DNA of 64,000 nt from the IMG/VR virus record IMGVR_UViG_3300028887_000079, positions 1 to 64,000 of that record; one strand, written 5' to 3'. Both the position numbers and the translations under genes were made by a program. Positions within the stretch are counted from its first letter, which is position 1. Each line of letters begins with the position of its first letter. This document shows, one piece after another, positions 35,505 to 45,598 of the stretch. This stretch comes from a virus. Its lineage: Duplodnaviria; Caudoviricetes. The notes beneath the pieces are model-generated. The model saw nothing but the letters and a program-made list of their open reading frames with translations. It did not search any database and had not been told where the DNA came from.

Positions 35505-37859
35505 CTAGAACAAATAAGTGTTGCCATCCGTGTCCGTAATCAGGCAGACCGGGCGGCCGCCAGCGGACACCACCTCGTTTGAAGCGGACTGCGCCGGATT
35601 GTAGAGGTCGCCCATGAGGAGCAAGGTCTTGTCGGATGCATCCTGAGGTGCAGTGAACTCGATGATGTCAGTGCCTGCAACGGTGCTCTCAAGACCGCCA
35701 ACCGCCGGAACCCAGTAATTGGTATTCGCAAGCAAGGTGACCGCAGTGGTCAACTCATATTCATGAATGTAATGAGTTCCATCAATTGTGTCGCCATCAT
35801 TATCGCCTCGGGAAATGGTGCTGGTTCCACTGCCGTGCGAGACAATGGCCTGATATGTGGAGCCATCCATAATCAACGGGATCGGGGATCCGCTCCAACC
35901 GGAGTTCGGTCCGGCGTAGAGATGTGTATCCACAAAGGCAATCTTCTTGACAGAAACATCAACCGCCGGGGTAATGCGCTGCATCACCATTGTGTTGCCT
36001 ATATTGCTAATGTGATCGCCCACGAAGATTTGGCCGAGATTGCGGGAAGACCCAAGCGTGTAGGAATCGTAGTTGCGGAACGGAGATCCGGGCGGCTCAG
36101 GCGGTTCTTCTTCTTCGCGGTTGCTAATCAGCATAAAGAGACGAGGCTGTTCCATTGCTTCGCTATGATCGCGGAACCACGCGTTTTCAAGGGTCGAGGC
36201 GTTTCCGCTCCAGTCCGTTCGCGGAGTATCCGCCGCAGTGGGATCCAAAGACAGATTTTCCTGGCGCATTGAAATTGCCGGAAGACATGCCGAATTATTC
36301 GGATTCGTATAGGCAGGCGCTCCCGCCAAATTGATGCCGCTGGCAGGCTGCCCACTATCGTTGTGGTATGCGATGACGGCATAATACCAACGAGAGCTTT
36401 CGAGTCTACGCGGTTCCCCATTGACGCCCGGTCGGATGTATTTCAACGGGAAGTGATTTACGCCGGGCGTAAGATGGACCGGACCGGTATCGGCGATCCA
36501 AACAGTTGAATCATAGTATTCGTAAATGCCAAAACATACGTCACCGGAATACGCGGTATCGCTGCAATACACGGTTATGTGTGTGGGGTAGTCGCCATCG
36601 TTGCGGAGTTCCTGAGCGACCGGCACAAGGAACAGCTGGCCGACCATATCGGCGTTCCCGGTTTTATACTTGTCTTTGAAATCAAAGAATCCCGTAATCT
36701 GTGCATACGGGAATGTGGACGTGATCTTGTGGTCCATATCGTGAAGAAGGTTGACCATTTCATCGGTCACATCAATGACTTCTTCTTTAATGACAATCTC
36801 GCCGTTGATAACTTCAAGGCCGTTGCCAACCTTCGCCACAAGGAATCCGTTTTCATCAATATCAAGGCCATCGCCATATCTCACGGAGATAACGCGGTCG
36901 ACAATGCTAATGGCATCGCCTTCCCCATACCCCTCGGAACCCATACTTCCACCTTCCGGGGCAAAGAGTTCGCCTTCCACCCCATTGATGGAAAAGTCGG
37001 CAATCTTCACGCCGTGGTCGTAAATCGGAGTGATTTCAACATCACAGGGCGCCTCGCTGCTGTCCGGGATGTAAAGTTCCCCGGACTGGCCATTGATTTT
37101 GAAGTCGGCAATCTTGAGGCCGCGTTCATAAATCGGCGTGAAGGAATCATCGCTGCTATTGTCCGGGATGAAGAGTTCGCCTTCCACCCCGTTGATTTTG
37201 AAGTCGGCGATCTTGATGCCACGTTCATAAATCGGTTCCAGCGCATCATCACAACTGTTGTCCGGAATGAAGAGCGCACCGGACTGACCATTGATTTTGA
37301 AATCCGCGATCTTAATACCGCGATTATAAATCGGGTCGATCTCATCATCGCGGCTGTCATCCGGAATGAAGAGGGCGCCGGCTTCACTGTTGATGGAAAA
37401 GTCAGCAATCTTCTTGCCTTTGTCGAAGGCGGGCGTAATGGCGACTTGGTCACCGAGATCCTTGCTGCCGCTTTCCCACGTTCCTTCAAGGCGCTTACAG
37501 ATGGCCCAATAGTATTTTCCCTTCCAAATACCGCCGAAGCGAAAATCGCCGGGACCGAGCCACTCCGGATACAGATAGATGGAACCCTGGCCTTGAGATT
37601 GCGTCAAGACCGGAATTGCGCCACCGGCGTGCCCATTGTCATCGCCGAAAACAATTCCCCAAAGTTGCCCGTAATTTTTACTTGAATCGACTACTACAAT
37701 CTTGGAGAGCGGGACAAGTTTTCCATCTCCGTTCTTGATATACAAAACATTGTCATCGGAGCACCAACCTGCTTCATTCTCAAGCAGGCGGCTCTTGAGT
37801 TCGGCAAAAGTGCCTTTGTTCTCAAGTTGCTTCGCGGGGATGTGGGTTTCTCCAGCCAT
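35505..37859 (-). CDS. Putative tail fibre / receptor-binding structural protein with internal repeats
   Basis: N-terminal LLENEAGW...LYIKNGDG; five PIYxxGxKIADFxINGxxGxLFxP repeats; GDGLxI motifs; beta-rich C-terminal domains. Confidence 0.65.
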   Translation of the reverse strand: MAGETHIPAKQLENKGTFAELKSRLLENEAGWCSDDNVLYIKNGDGKLVPLSKIVVVDSSKNYGQLWGIVFGDDNGHAGGAIPVLTQSQGQGSIYLYPEWLGPGDFRFGGIWKGKYYWAICKRLEGTWESGSKDLGDQVAITPAFDKGKKIADFSINSEAGALFIPDDSRDDEIDPIYNRGIKIADFKINGQSGALFIPDNSCDDALEPIYERGIKIADFKINGVEGELFIPDNSSDDSFTPIYERGLKIADFKINGQSGELYIPDSSEAPCDVEITPIYDHGVKIADFSINGVEGELFAPEGGSMGSEGYGEGDAISIVDRVISVRYGDGLDIDENGFLVAKVGNGLEVINGEIVIKEEVIDVTDEMVNLLHDMDHKITSTFPYAQITGFFDFKDKYKTGNADMVGQLFLVPVAQELRNDGDYPTHITVYCSDTAYSGDVCFGIYEYYDSTVWIADTGPVHLTPGVNHFPLKYIRPGVNGEPRRLESSRWYYAVIAYHNDSGQPASGINLAGAPAYTNPNNSACLPAISMRQENLSLDPTAADTPRTDWSGNASTLENAWFRDHSEAMEQPRLFMLISNREEEEPPEPPGSPFRNYDSYTLGSSRNLGQIFVGDHISNIGNTMVMQRITPAVDVSVKKIAFVDTHLYAGPNSGWSGSPIPLIMDGSTYQAIVSHGSGTSTISRGDNDGDTIDGTHYIHEYELTTAVTLLANTNYWVPAVGGLESTVAGTDIIEFTAPQDASDKTLLLMGDLYNPAQSASNEVVSAGGRPVCLITDTDGNTYLF
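36958..37440 (-). repeat. Five tandem ~93-105-bp intragenic repeats
   Basis: Repeat units visible at both DNA and protein level. Confidence 0.85.
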
Positions 37860-37927
37860 ACTTCATGCCTCGGATATAATGCTTTTTTCATATCAAAAAT
37901 ACATTATATTCAGGCAAAAGAACACGG

Positions 37928-40384
37928 CTACCAATTTTGGGTTGCAGTAACCAATTCATCCCTCAGGTTGTAAACCGTATCGATGGCATCCTTCAAGCGC
38001 GAGGCGAATTCATTCATTGCCTTGAACTCCATCCGGACATTTTGCCCATCATCACCGGGAAGCTGCCCAATGAAGTGGGCGCCATTATCCGGACCATCCG
38101 CGACAATGCCAAATTGATTGAGCAGGTCATCCAGCTCGGCACGGCGCTTGCCGCCATCGCCACACAGCGGGGTGAGCGAATCCGCAAGCAGCCACAACTC
38201 GTGGATCAAATCCATCACGGACCACTTTTCCGGGTCTACATATTTGGGCCAGCGCGGGATGGCGTTGGTCGCCAAACTATACATGTATTGGACGCCGTCC
38301 GGACTTTCCGCGTCCACGCGCTGCAGGCTTGCAAGACTTGGGAAGTCCACCCCAAATGCCTGCGAGGGTGGCGGGACGACATACACGGAACACGTTTCGC
38401 TCGGGAAGATATGCACAGTGTAACTTTCGGATCCGCGACTCATTGTTTCTTTGTGGACCGCCTTACTTGTCGCAATGTATTTCAAAACACCAACACGGAT
38501 AATGTTGTCCGCGAAAATTATTTCGGACGGCTCATTTTCGTTGTAATAGACGTGGTAGGAATTCTTGATGCGTTTGTATTTTTTGCGGAACGATTCGTAT
38601 GGGACAACTTCATAGTTCCACGGATACAGACCTTTGAGATCGCCGTAAACGCCGATTGCGGCGAACATCGGTTGGCGCCCTCGATCAATCTTGCGGCCGA
38701 TTTCCGCGTCCACATCAATCTCCATCGAAAGCGTATTCGTTGCCGCCGTGTAGAGCGGGGCAGCCGGATTCTTGGCAAGATACTCCGCCACATACTCATA
38801 AATCTCGGACAAGTGCCCGCTTGCCTTATTCGTGTAGAACGCATACGGCATCCCGAGTTCCGGATCATCCTTTTCATAGGTGTCCAGCAACGCGGTCATC
38901 TCTTCGGTAGGCGCCTCCTCCTGAATCTTCTTGAGGAACTCGACTAGGTAACCCAACGGCGGGCTTTGCCAAGCAGCCGAAGCGTAAGGGCGCCCCCAAT
39001 CGCCAACCAAATCGTCATTGTAAGGCGTAGGGAATTGCTCGTTATACGCTCTACTAAGCGCGTTTATTGCATCGCAAAATGCGGTAAACTCCGGAAGGGA
39101 AGTTGCCACATCTTCACAAATGTTGTAGGCAGCACTAACTTCAGGCGGAATGTGCGTGATAATGCCGTGCCCGGAATACGTCCAGCTTCCAATAAATTCA
39201 GCGGCGCCCTCCTGATTTTCCGCCAAAAGGGTATCGCGCTTCTCCGTGGTCTCGGGGTCCTCCATTTTAGTCAACAATGCGGCAAATGCGGCATCGACCT
39301 TTGTGAAGGCTTCCATCAGCGGATCATCATACAAGGTGACCGGGAAACTTTCGTTCTTTTGGACATACAGCTGAGAAAAAGTATGTCCAACGCGAAGCGG
39401 AGTGCCAAGCGGGTGATTGTGCTTGCGCCTGCCGAATCCGGCGGTGAAGGCGCCTCCGGTCAATTTGCTGGAAGCCGCCGACAACAATTCATTCACGCTT
39501 GTCGCGTTGGTATAGTTGCTGCGCCAATACTTGTATGCCTTTTGGAACGCTGCGCGAGATTTAGGCGTAAGCACATCCCAAGTGGTCGGATCGTCATAGC
39601 TGAAATGACTGGCGATCTTCTGCGCCGAGTTGTGTTCGTAGTCGAATACCGGAATCGGCATCGGGGCAAAGTTATCGGACCCCGGTATGGGGTTGTATCT
39701 GTCAAGGCCGCTGTTGCTGCTGTCCGGGAACTGGCCGTTGTCTTCCGGCTTGTAGAAGTATGCGCAAGTAACCTGAGGGCAAATGCTGTCCGTCAACGGC
39801 AGCCAAATTTCCTTCGCATAAAGCCAGCCCCAAAATTGAGTGAGTTGCGTGATGTATGATTCATAGCGCATGAGCCCATTCGTCATAGAAAGGAGCGCAT
39901 ATATTGTCCCCTTGATGGCGCCTTTGAGATTCGACATCAAGTCGGCACCGATCGAGGCGCCTTGGGAAGACAGCGTTGCCAAGGTATCCCAAAGCACCCA
40001 GTAATTCGCTTCGCCTACATAACGGCGGAGGATGGGGTTGGAATCAAGCAGGTCAAACGCATCCCGCGCAATATCAAGATTCATTCCGGCGGAGAAGTCG
40101 GCGCCGGCGTCATTCAGGTTCTTGAGGATTTCCTGATACTTGTCCGCGATCTCCTTGCATTTCTTTTCCAGCTTAGAGACCATCTTGTCCATCTTTTCAA
40201 GGACATCCGCCTTGCCTCGAATAACAAACTTCAAGGCATCGAACATCGTATCATAGACGTTGCACGCGGTATCAATGGCAGCACCCACAAACTTGTCGTT
40301 GCGGTGGTCCTCTTGCATTGACTGGTCGTCAACATATTTTTCATTAGGGGCGCTGTCCCCGAAAAGGCTTCCAAGAAAACTCAT
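37928..40384 (-). CDS. Large hypothetical protein (probably virion-associated)
   Basis: 818-aa ORF; no motif recognised. Confidence 0.6.
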   Translation of the reverse strand: MSFLGSLFGDSAPNEKYVDDQSMQEDHRNDKFVGAAIDTACNVYDTMFDALKFVIRGKADVLEKMDKMVSKLEKKCKEIADKYQEILKNLNDAGADFSAGMNLDIARDAFDLLDSNPILRRYVGEANYWVLWDTLATLSSQGASIGADLMSNLKGAIKGTIYALLSMTNGLMRYESYITQLTQFWGWLYAKEIWLPLTDSICPQVTCAYFYKPEDNGQFPDSSNSGLDRYNPIPGSDNFAPMPIPVFDYEHNSAQKIASHFSYDDPTTWDVLTPKSRAAFQKAYKYWRSNYTNATSVNELLSAASSKLTGGAFTAGFGRRKHNHPLGTPLRVGHTFSQLYVQKNESFPVTLYDDPLMEAFTKVDAAFAALLTKMEDPETTEKRDTLLAENQEGAAEFIGSWTYSGHGIITHIPPEVSAAYNICEDVATSLPEFTAFCDAINALSRAYNEQFPTPYNDDLVGDWGRPYASAAWQSPPLGYLVEFLKKIQEEAPTEEMTALLDTYEKDDPELGMPYAFYTNKASGHLSEIYEYVAEYLAKNPAAPLYTAATNTLSMEIDVDAEIGRKIDRGRQPMFAAIGVYGDLKGLYPWNYEVVPYESFRKKYKRIKNSYHVYYNENEPSEIIFADNIIRVGVLKYIATSKAVHKETMSRGSESYTVHIFPSETCSVYVVPPPSQAFGVDFPSLASLQRVDAESPDGVQYMYSLATNAIPRWPKYVDPEKWSVMDLIHELWLLADSLTPLCGDGGKRRAELDDLLNQFGIVADGPDNGAHFIGQLPGDDGQNVRMEFKAMNEFASRLKDAIDTVYNLRDELVTATQNW

Positions 40385-40827
40385 CGATGCATATCTCCAC
40401 GGCGCATAAGGAATGAAATATAGCCGTAAATGTGCTTACAGCAGGTCACGATGTTTTCCGGATTCGCCTTACGCCCGGTCTTTGACGGCTTCTTGGTATA
40501 ACGCGTATAGAGCGAAGCGCCCATCGAATTGAGAAGTTCGTTGTTGCGATATACATAGGTCGGGCAGTTACAATCGACCTTGCACGGGCTGGCGAGCGTA
40601 TAGGCGCCGTTGCGATCCTTGCCGAGCTTGATGATTACCGGATGAATGCCGCCCGTTGCGGAGCGGATCGTTGCGGTGAAGGTCTTGGCGGTTTGGTCCT
40701 TGTCTTCGGTGGCATCCGATTTGACAACATTGCAATCAACCTTCGAATCATACAACTTGTTATAGTTGTTCAAAAGTCCGCCGAGAGTGAGTCTCGAAGT
40801 TACGCCTTCATTCAGCTGCATAATCAT
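40381..40827 (-). CDS. SWIM zinc-finger protein
   Basis: VDCNCP...CCKHI (CxC-xn-CxH). Confidence 0.65.
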   Translation of the reverse strand: MIMQLNEGVTSRLTLGGLLNNYNKLYDSKVDCNVVKSDATEDKDQTAKTFTATIRSATGGIHPVIIKLGKDRNGAYTLASPCKVDCNCPTYVYRNNELLNSMGASLYTRYTKKPSKTGRKANPENIVTCCKHIYGYISFLMRRGDMHR

Positions 40828-41687
40828 TCTCCTTTTTGCACATAGCCTTCTTTGGTGTAGTAATAGCCATCGCGCTCAAACGTGTAGTGCACCGATTTGT
40901 CGGAATCAAAATATCCGATGATGATGCTGCCGGGGTTCATATAGATGGGGTCGCCCTTGCTTACGAAAACTTCCCCGGACACCTCAGTTCCGGATTCGGT
41001 CCCATCGCCGGTTGGCTTCGGAAGATCCGGCGCCATCACCGGCTTATTCAAAACCGTTGCCACGTCATTCTTGAACGCCTGCCATCCATTAAACGCGGCA
41101 TCATTGTTGCACCACATTGCGGGGCACAGCTTTCCGCTGATGTTGTGGTGCATAATCAGGTTGCCTACGGGGATGCCAAATTCATCAAGAAGCCACGCAC
41201 ACAATTCCACAAGGTTTTCGTAGGTCGCGTTCGGGAAGTAAAAGTCCGTGTCCATATAGGCATTCGGGCGCTTGCTGACCGGGGTGCGCTTTGCAGAACA
41301 TGCCTCGATATTGATGGTGTTATAGTTGCCTGCCAGCTTGAGATGTGTGCAGGCGTATTGACTCGGATGCCCATTTCCATCGGTATAGAACTTGATGTGG
41401 GCATCGGCTGCCTTCGCTGCGCACGCATATTGGCACGAATAGGTTTTCGGATCCACGCATTCATAGATGCCGCCGGCATCAACGATGTAGTGGGCATTTC
41501 CGCGTTCGCTCTTCTTGCGCGAAAGCCAGTCCTTGTATGTTCCTGCTGCGGTGCCGCCATCCCCGCCGGATCCGGTGAAATGGACAACTACAAATTCAGG
41601 GGCGGGAGCAACCTTTCCTCTACCCCATCGGGCAATGTGCCAGTCAATCGAAAATGTGTGCCTGATACTTGGCTTCTTTGCGGTCAT
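40824..41687 (-). CDS. N-acetylmuramoyl-L-alanine amidase (Amidase_2) endolysin
   Basis: VVVHFTG, AHYIVD, INIEAC, MHHNISGKLCP. Confidence 0.85.
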   Translation of the reverse strand: MTAKKPSIRHTFSIDWHIARWGRGKVAPAPEFVVVHFTGSGGDGGTAAGTYKDWLSRKKSERGNAHYIVDAGGIYECVDPKTYSCQYACAAKAADAHIKFYTDGNGHPSQYACTHLKLAGNYNTINIEACSAKRTPVSKRPNAYMDTDFYFPNATYENLVELCAWLLDEFGIPVGNLIMHHNISGKLCPAMWCNNDAAFNGWQAFKNDVATVLNKPVMAPDLPKPTGDGTESGTEVSGEVFVSKGDPIYMNPGSIIIGYFDSDKSVHYTFERDGYYYTKEGYVQKGE

Positions 41688-41866
41688 ATACTCAATATAC
41701 TATTTTTGAGGTTTGTCCGGCGCGTCCTTTATTGGGAAGATGATTGCCTCCTCGTCATCGCGATATAATCGAATGCAGTCGATGGGGAGAAACTCGCCAT
41801 TATGGTAAATGTAAAGAACCGTGTCTTCCGGCATCAGCGCCGTCTTTCTCCGCATCTCGCCTGCTG

Positions 41867-42775
41867 TCATAATCCCAATTCACTCCGTATTCTTGCTATC
41901 TCATGTGGCGCCAAATCGCCAACGTCCCTTTTCTTGCCATCGGGAGTTGTCCCAAAGTCTTCGCACGCCACGGACACCTTGACGCCATAACGCGCCAATT
42001 CTTCCGCATACGCATGTGCTTCCGCCTGAGCGGTTGGTTCGGGGTCGAAGAAGAATACCACTTCCGGCCATCGAGTTAAGCACATGATTTGCGCTTTTTT
42101 ACACCCGGTGCCAAAAGTTGCCACGGCGCCCGGACCTAATTTCCAAGCATCCACAACGCCTTCAACCACGACTACGCGGCGGCCCTTGGCAAGGTTTCCG
42201 CCGTAAACAATGTCCTTGTAGTGCATCAGCGCCTTATCAAGCGGGCATACCTTATAGCGCTCCACATCATCGCGCCCGGTTACATCACGCCCTTGGAATG
42301 ATACAAGCCTGCCATCAAGATCGTAGATGGGAATGATAATGCGATTCCCGTAATCCTTCCCTTCAAATTTGTCAAAAGGATTAGTCCCTAAAATGCCATA
42401 CCGCTGAACGAGCATGTCGGGGTCCAGCCCACGGCGAAGAAGATAGTTGCGATGGTATGGCATAAGCTCGCGCCCCGGCAATTTGAGAGAGGACGCATAT
42501 TGAAGATGAGAATCCGGAACGGCAGCATCGCCGCCGCAGTCCTTCAACGCCTTTATGATTTCGCGTTGTGGGCGCCCGCATAGCGCCTGAAGCGCTTCGA
42601 ACCCCGTGCCGCCGGGGCAGCGCCAACAATGGTATCGAAGCGCATAGCGATAGAAGCCCCCGTGCTCGCTTGGGTCATCACAGAAGGGGCAATGCACCTG
42701 TAACCAATTACCGGTGCTTTTGCCCTTCGTGTCGAATGGGATTCCAAGATCATGTAGGAGCTTCGCTGTGTCCAT
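41867..42775 (-). CDS. DNA primase (zinc ribbon + TOPRIM)
   Basis: CPFC...CWRC, YLLRRG, RIIIPI, SFQGR, VVEGVVDA, FFDPE, KRDVGD. Confidence 0.85.
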   Translation of the reverse strand: MDTAKLLHDLGIPFDTKGKSTGNWLQVHCPFCDDPSEHGGFYRYALRYHCWRCPGGTGFEALQALCGRPQREIIKALKDCGGDAAVPDSHLQYASSLKLPGRELMPYHRNYLLRRGLDPDMLVQRYGILGTNPFDKFEGKDYGNRIIIPIYDLDGRLVSFQGRDVTGRDDVERYKVCPLDKALMHYKDIVYGGNLAKGRRVVVVEGVVDAWKLGPGAVATFGTGCKKAQIMCLTRWPEVVFFFDPEPTAQAEAHAYAEELARYGVKVSVACEDFGTTPDGKKRDVGDLAPHEIARIRSELGL

Positions 42776-42776
42776 C

Positions 42777-43295
42777 TTAGATAGTCAGCGTGAACGGGAA
42801 GGTTTGCTTGACCAATTTGGTTTCTTCGCCGCCCTTGGACCACTGCGTCTTCGGCTTTTCAACGGTTTCTTCCTCGCGTGCGTTGAGATACGGCACGACA
42901 AGGGAGTTGACGGTTTCAAGCGACATTTGACGCGTGAGAACGAATTTGTAGGTATTCGTTCCGCCATCCTCGCACAGCTTGCGGGAACAGCCGACTTCGG
43001 ACAATTCGCCGGTATAGCGCGTGCCATCAAAGTCAACGGTGCAGCGGCTGTCCTGAGGATACTTGACGCTCCAAGCACGCGGATCCGCCGAGATCTTTGC
43101 ATCGAAGTGGCTGAGGATTGTCGGATAGCCTTCTTCCTTCAGCGTGAAGGTGAGCTTCTCGTAAACGAGGAGGTCTTCTTTCTTGGTGAATGCCTGATAA
43201 CCGGTAAGGGATGCGGCGCCTTCGATTTGAAGTTCGAATTCCTTTTCCGGCTGCAACGGGGTCGGCTCTTGGGCCGAGTTCTGTTCTTCGCTCAT
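42777..43295 (-). CDS. Hypothetical protein
   Basis: 172-aa ORF, operon packing. Confidence 0.6.
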   Translation of the reverse strand: MSEEQNSAQEPTPLQPEKEFELQIEGAASLTGYQAFTKKEDLLVYEKLTFTLKEEGYPTILSHFDAKISADPRAWSVKYPQDSRCTVDFDGTRYTGELSEVGCSRKLCEDGGTNTYKFVLTRQMSLETVNSLVVPYLNAREEETVEKPKTQWSKGGEETKLVKQTFPFTLTI

Positions 43296-43298
43296 GTT

Positions 43299-43736
43299 TT
43301 ATCCTTTTTTGAAGAAAAGCTGGTGGCGGGGCTTGTCGGAGAAACCAATGTGAATCCATTTGATATTCTCGTTGTCCTTGCCATCCGGGGTGTAGATGAT
43401 AACCTGATCGACCGGGCTAGAAAGCGTGGTTGCCCACTCGCGGCAAAGTTTTGCCAGCGCCAACATATTCGCCTTCGTGTTCTTCCAAGGCTGAATGTCG
43501 GCGGCCATACCTTTACGGTGGGCGCTGGTCTTGCTCCCGCCTACGGCCGCGTTTACGGCGGCGGAACGGAAGCCGGAAGTAATACGGATGCCTTGACCGA
43601 ACTTCTCGCGGAGGGCATCCAGCAAGAGCGCCGTATCGCGCAAGGCGGAAAATTCTTCCCAAGTCTCCGGGCTATTAGGGAGTTTTTGGGAGGTGGTTGT
43701 CATTTCCTTGAGGGAAAAGTATTTCGGTGTTAGCAT
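43299..43736 (-). CDS. Peptidase M15A (D-Ala-D-Ala carboxypeptidase-like)
   Basis: YFSLKEM, ITSGFRS, VGG...SAH..GMAADI, WIHI. Confidence 0.88.
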   Translation of the reverse strand: MLTPKYFSLKEMTTTSQKLPNSPETWEEFSALRDTALLLDALREKFGQGIRITSGFRSAAVNAAVGGSKTSAHRKGMAADIQPWKNTKANMLALAKLCREWATTLSSPVDQVIIYTPDGKDNENIKWIHIGFSDKPRHQLFFKKG

Positions 43737-43737
43737 C

Positions 43738-44472
43738 TTAAACGTCCTTTGTGGTTGGATCCCAAAAATACTTGTGCTGCTGAAGTTGGCAACAGAAGTT
43801 TCCGTCCGGATGGTTGAGGACAAACATCGGAATATGGGACATAGTGACCTTGCCGAAACTCGGACTGATGTAGATCGGGGTCGGCGGGGCGAGACGTTCG
43901 CGCACGGCGAGGACATCATCGAAGTCGTCATCCGCAACCACACACTTCACAATGTCCCAAGGACGGAGCAGCCCAAGGTTTTCGGGAAGCATCTTGTCCA
44001 ACATCTTGGAACTGGAGCACTTCCAGTCCATAATGAAGTGGACGAGAACCGGATACGGCGCATTGAGGGACGTGCGCCATTCAACCATCTCCTTCAGCGG
44101 CACTGCGCCGTTGGTTTCGAAGTCGATGTCAAATCCGGCGCCAAGCAGCATGTTGCCGAGGACCTGCATCCAAGGGACGTTTTCGGGGAGGAGCGGTTCG
44201 CCGCCGGTGATGGTCACGTGGCGGATATACTCGCCCGCCAATTTCGTGATTTGGGCGAAGGCTTCTTCCGGCTGCATTTCAAGCAGCGGGCGGTCGTAGA
44301 GTTTGTTATACACCGCGGGATTCCAGCTTTCCGGCGTATCGCAAGGATAGGCGCATCTCAGATTGCAACCGTAGGTGCGGAGAAAAATAGTGGGGCGGCC
44401 GGCGTGATAGGCCTCCCCATCAATGGACCTGAAAATGTTGATGATTTTAAGGCTGTTCATATTACCTTCCAC
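43738..44472 (-). CDS. queE: 7-carboxy-7-deazaguanine synthase QueE (radical SAM)
   Basis: IFRSIDGE..GRPTIFLRTYGCNLRCAYPCDT, VTITGGEPLL, ETNG, MDWK, QLQQHKYFW. Confidence 0.82.
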   Translation of the reverse strand: MEGNMNSLKIINIFRSIDGEAYHAGRPTIFLRTYGCNLRCAYPCDTPESWNPAVYNKLYDRPLLEMQPEEAFAQITKLAGEYIRHVTITGGEPLLPENVPWMQVLGNMLLGAGFDIDFETNGAVPLKEMVEWRTSLNAPYPVLVHFIMDWKCSSSKMLDKMLPENLGLLRPWDIVKCVVADDDFDDVLAVRERLAPPTPIYISPSFGKVTMSHIPMFVLNHPDGNFCCQLQQHKYFWDPTTKDV

Positions 44473-44552
44473 AAATTAGATGATAATTATTATACGGGAC
44501 GTGTAAAATAAAAGCCTGCCACGCGGGCAGGCCGGAAAGGACTGGTCCTCGA

Positions 44553-44900
44553 TTAGGTGAGTTCGAGGAGATACTTGATGGCGGCGCCGAGAGCGTTCTT
44601 GTAGGCGACCATCGCTTCGCGGACCTCGGCGATCGGGCGGGCGATCGCAACAGTTTCGCCAGTCGGGTTCTGTTCCTTGATGTCTTCGTCCCATTCGTTG
44701 ATGCGGTCGAAGATGAAGTCGCGATCCCTGGCGAGCTTGATGATGCGTTCGCTCAAGGTCATCGGCTTCTTCTTGTCATTCATGATGTGGTCCAGCACTT
44801 CCGAAATGCCGCGGGGAAGGCCACTCGGGCGCTGCGGCGTTTCCGGGGTTTCCTGAGTCACATTCTTGTTTTCAGATTCCTTCTTCTTGTTGTTCGACAT
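44553..44900 (-). CDS. Hypothetical protein
   Basis: Start MSNNKKK behind AAAGGA. Confidence 0.6.
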   Translation of the reverse strand: MSNNKKKESENKNVTQETPETPQRPSGLPRGISEVLDHIMNDKKKPMTLSERIIKLARDRDFIFDRINEWDEDIKEQNPTGETVAIARPIAEVREAMVAYKNALGAAIKYLLELT

Positions 44901-44934
44901 AGTTAATCCTTTGCCTATCAGGCGGTTAGAGTTT

Positions 44935-45093
44935 TTATTTATCGTCACATGCATTTACGATAAAGCAAACGGCATTGATAAGTAGGCATACAATGCCAGT
45001 CGGAATGTCGTGCTTCACGAATAAAATTACAAGGGACATGAGGATTCCAATGATGCTCACCCATGTAAGCGGCTTGTGCAAAATATCGCGCAT
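44935..45093 (-). CDS. 52-aa two-TM protein
   Basis: Manual translation MRDILHKPLTWVSIIGILMSLVILFVKHDIPTGIVCLLINAVCFIVNACDDK; GGAGG RBS. Confidence 0.5.
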   Translation of the reverse strand: MRDILHKPLTWVSIIGILMSLVILFVKHDIPTGIVCLLINAVCFIVNACDDK

Positions 45094-45260
45094 CAAATTT
45101 CCTCCGTAAGGACCTTTTTCATTTCAGCCTTGAATTCCAAGACTGCGCGGGATCCGATAATGGTCCCGCCGGTGACCTTGTCGAAGTGGACAATGCCGAG
45201 TGCTGAATCAACATTGAGTCGCTTCAGGAGCTGAATTGCCTTTTGAATTTGGCGCGTCAT
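45093..45260 (-). CDS. 55-aa hypothetical protein
   Basis: Manual translation MTRQIQKAIQLLKRL...; ATGA overlap. Confidence 0.5.
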   Translation of the reverse strand: MTRQIQKAIQLLKRLNVDSALGIVHFDKVTGGTIIGSRAVLEFKAEMKKVLTEEI

Positions 45261-45598
45261 TCTTTCCTCTTATTCTTATATCGCTCATATACCTTCAAGC
45301 TGTCACGCTGGTATGCGTGATATTTTTCAAGGCACAGATGATTGGACATGTCCGGGCACGCGGCTATCACATTTTCGCGCTTCGCAAGGACCTTGTCGTA
45401 TTCATACGCGTAGTATTCCGAGCCTTCCATCACCGTGGCGGTGATGATCATCAGGATGAATGCAATGAAGGCAACGCTTCCCATAACGCATCCGCATTTG
45501 GTCGCGTCATTGGGCGCCATAACCATAATGGCAACGGCGCCAATAAAAACGCCCACATATGCCGCTCCATACTCCGCTATTTCGAAAGCGATTACCAT
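45257..45598 (-). CDS. Two-TM membrane protein
   Basis: Two hydrophobic helices. Confidence 0.55.
   Translation of the reverse strand: MVIAFEIAEYGAAYVGVFIGAVAIMVMAPNDATKCGCVMGSVAFIAFILMIITATVMEGSEYYAYEYDKVLAKRENVIAACPDMSNHLCLEKYHAYQRDSLKVYERYKNKRKE

Noticed and set aside
36958-37440. Regularly spaced repeats as a CRISPR array or DGR
   Set aside because: In-frame protein repeats with no unique spacers; no reverse transcriptase in the window.
44935-45093. Suspected frameshift in a small membrane ORF
   Set aside because: On re-reading, the frame is continuous (52 aa).
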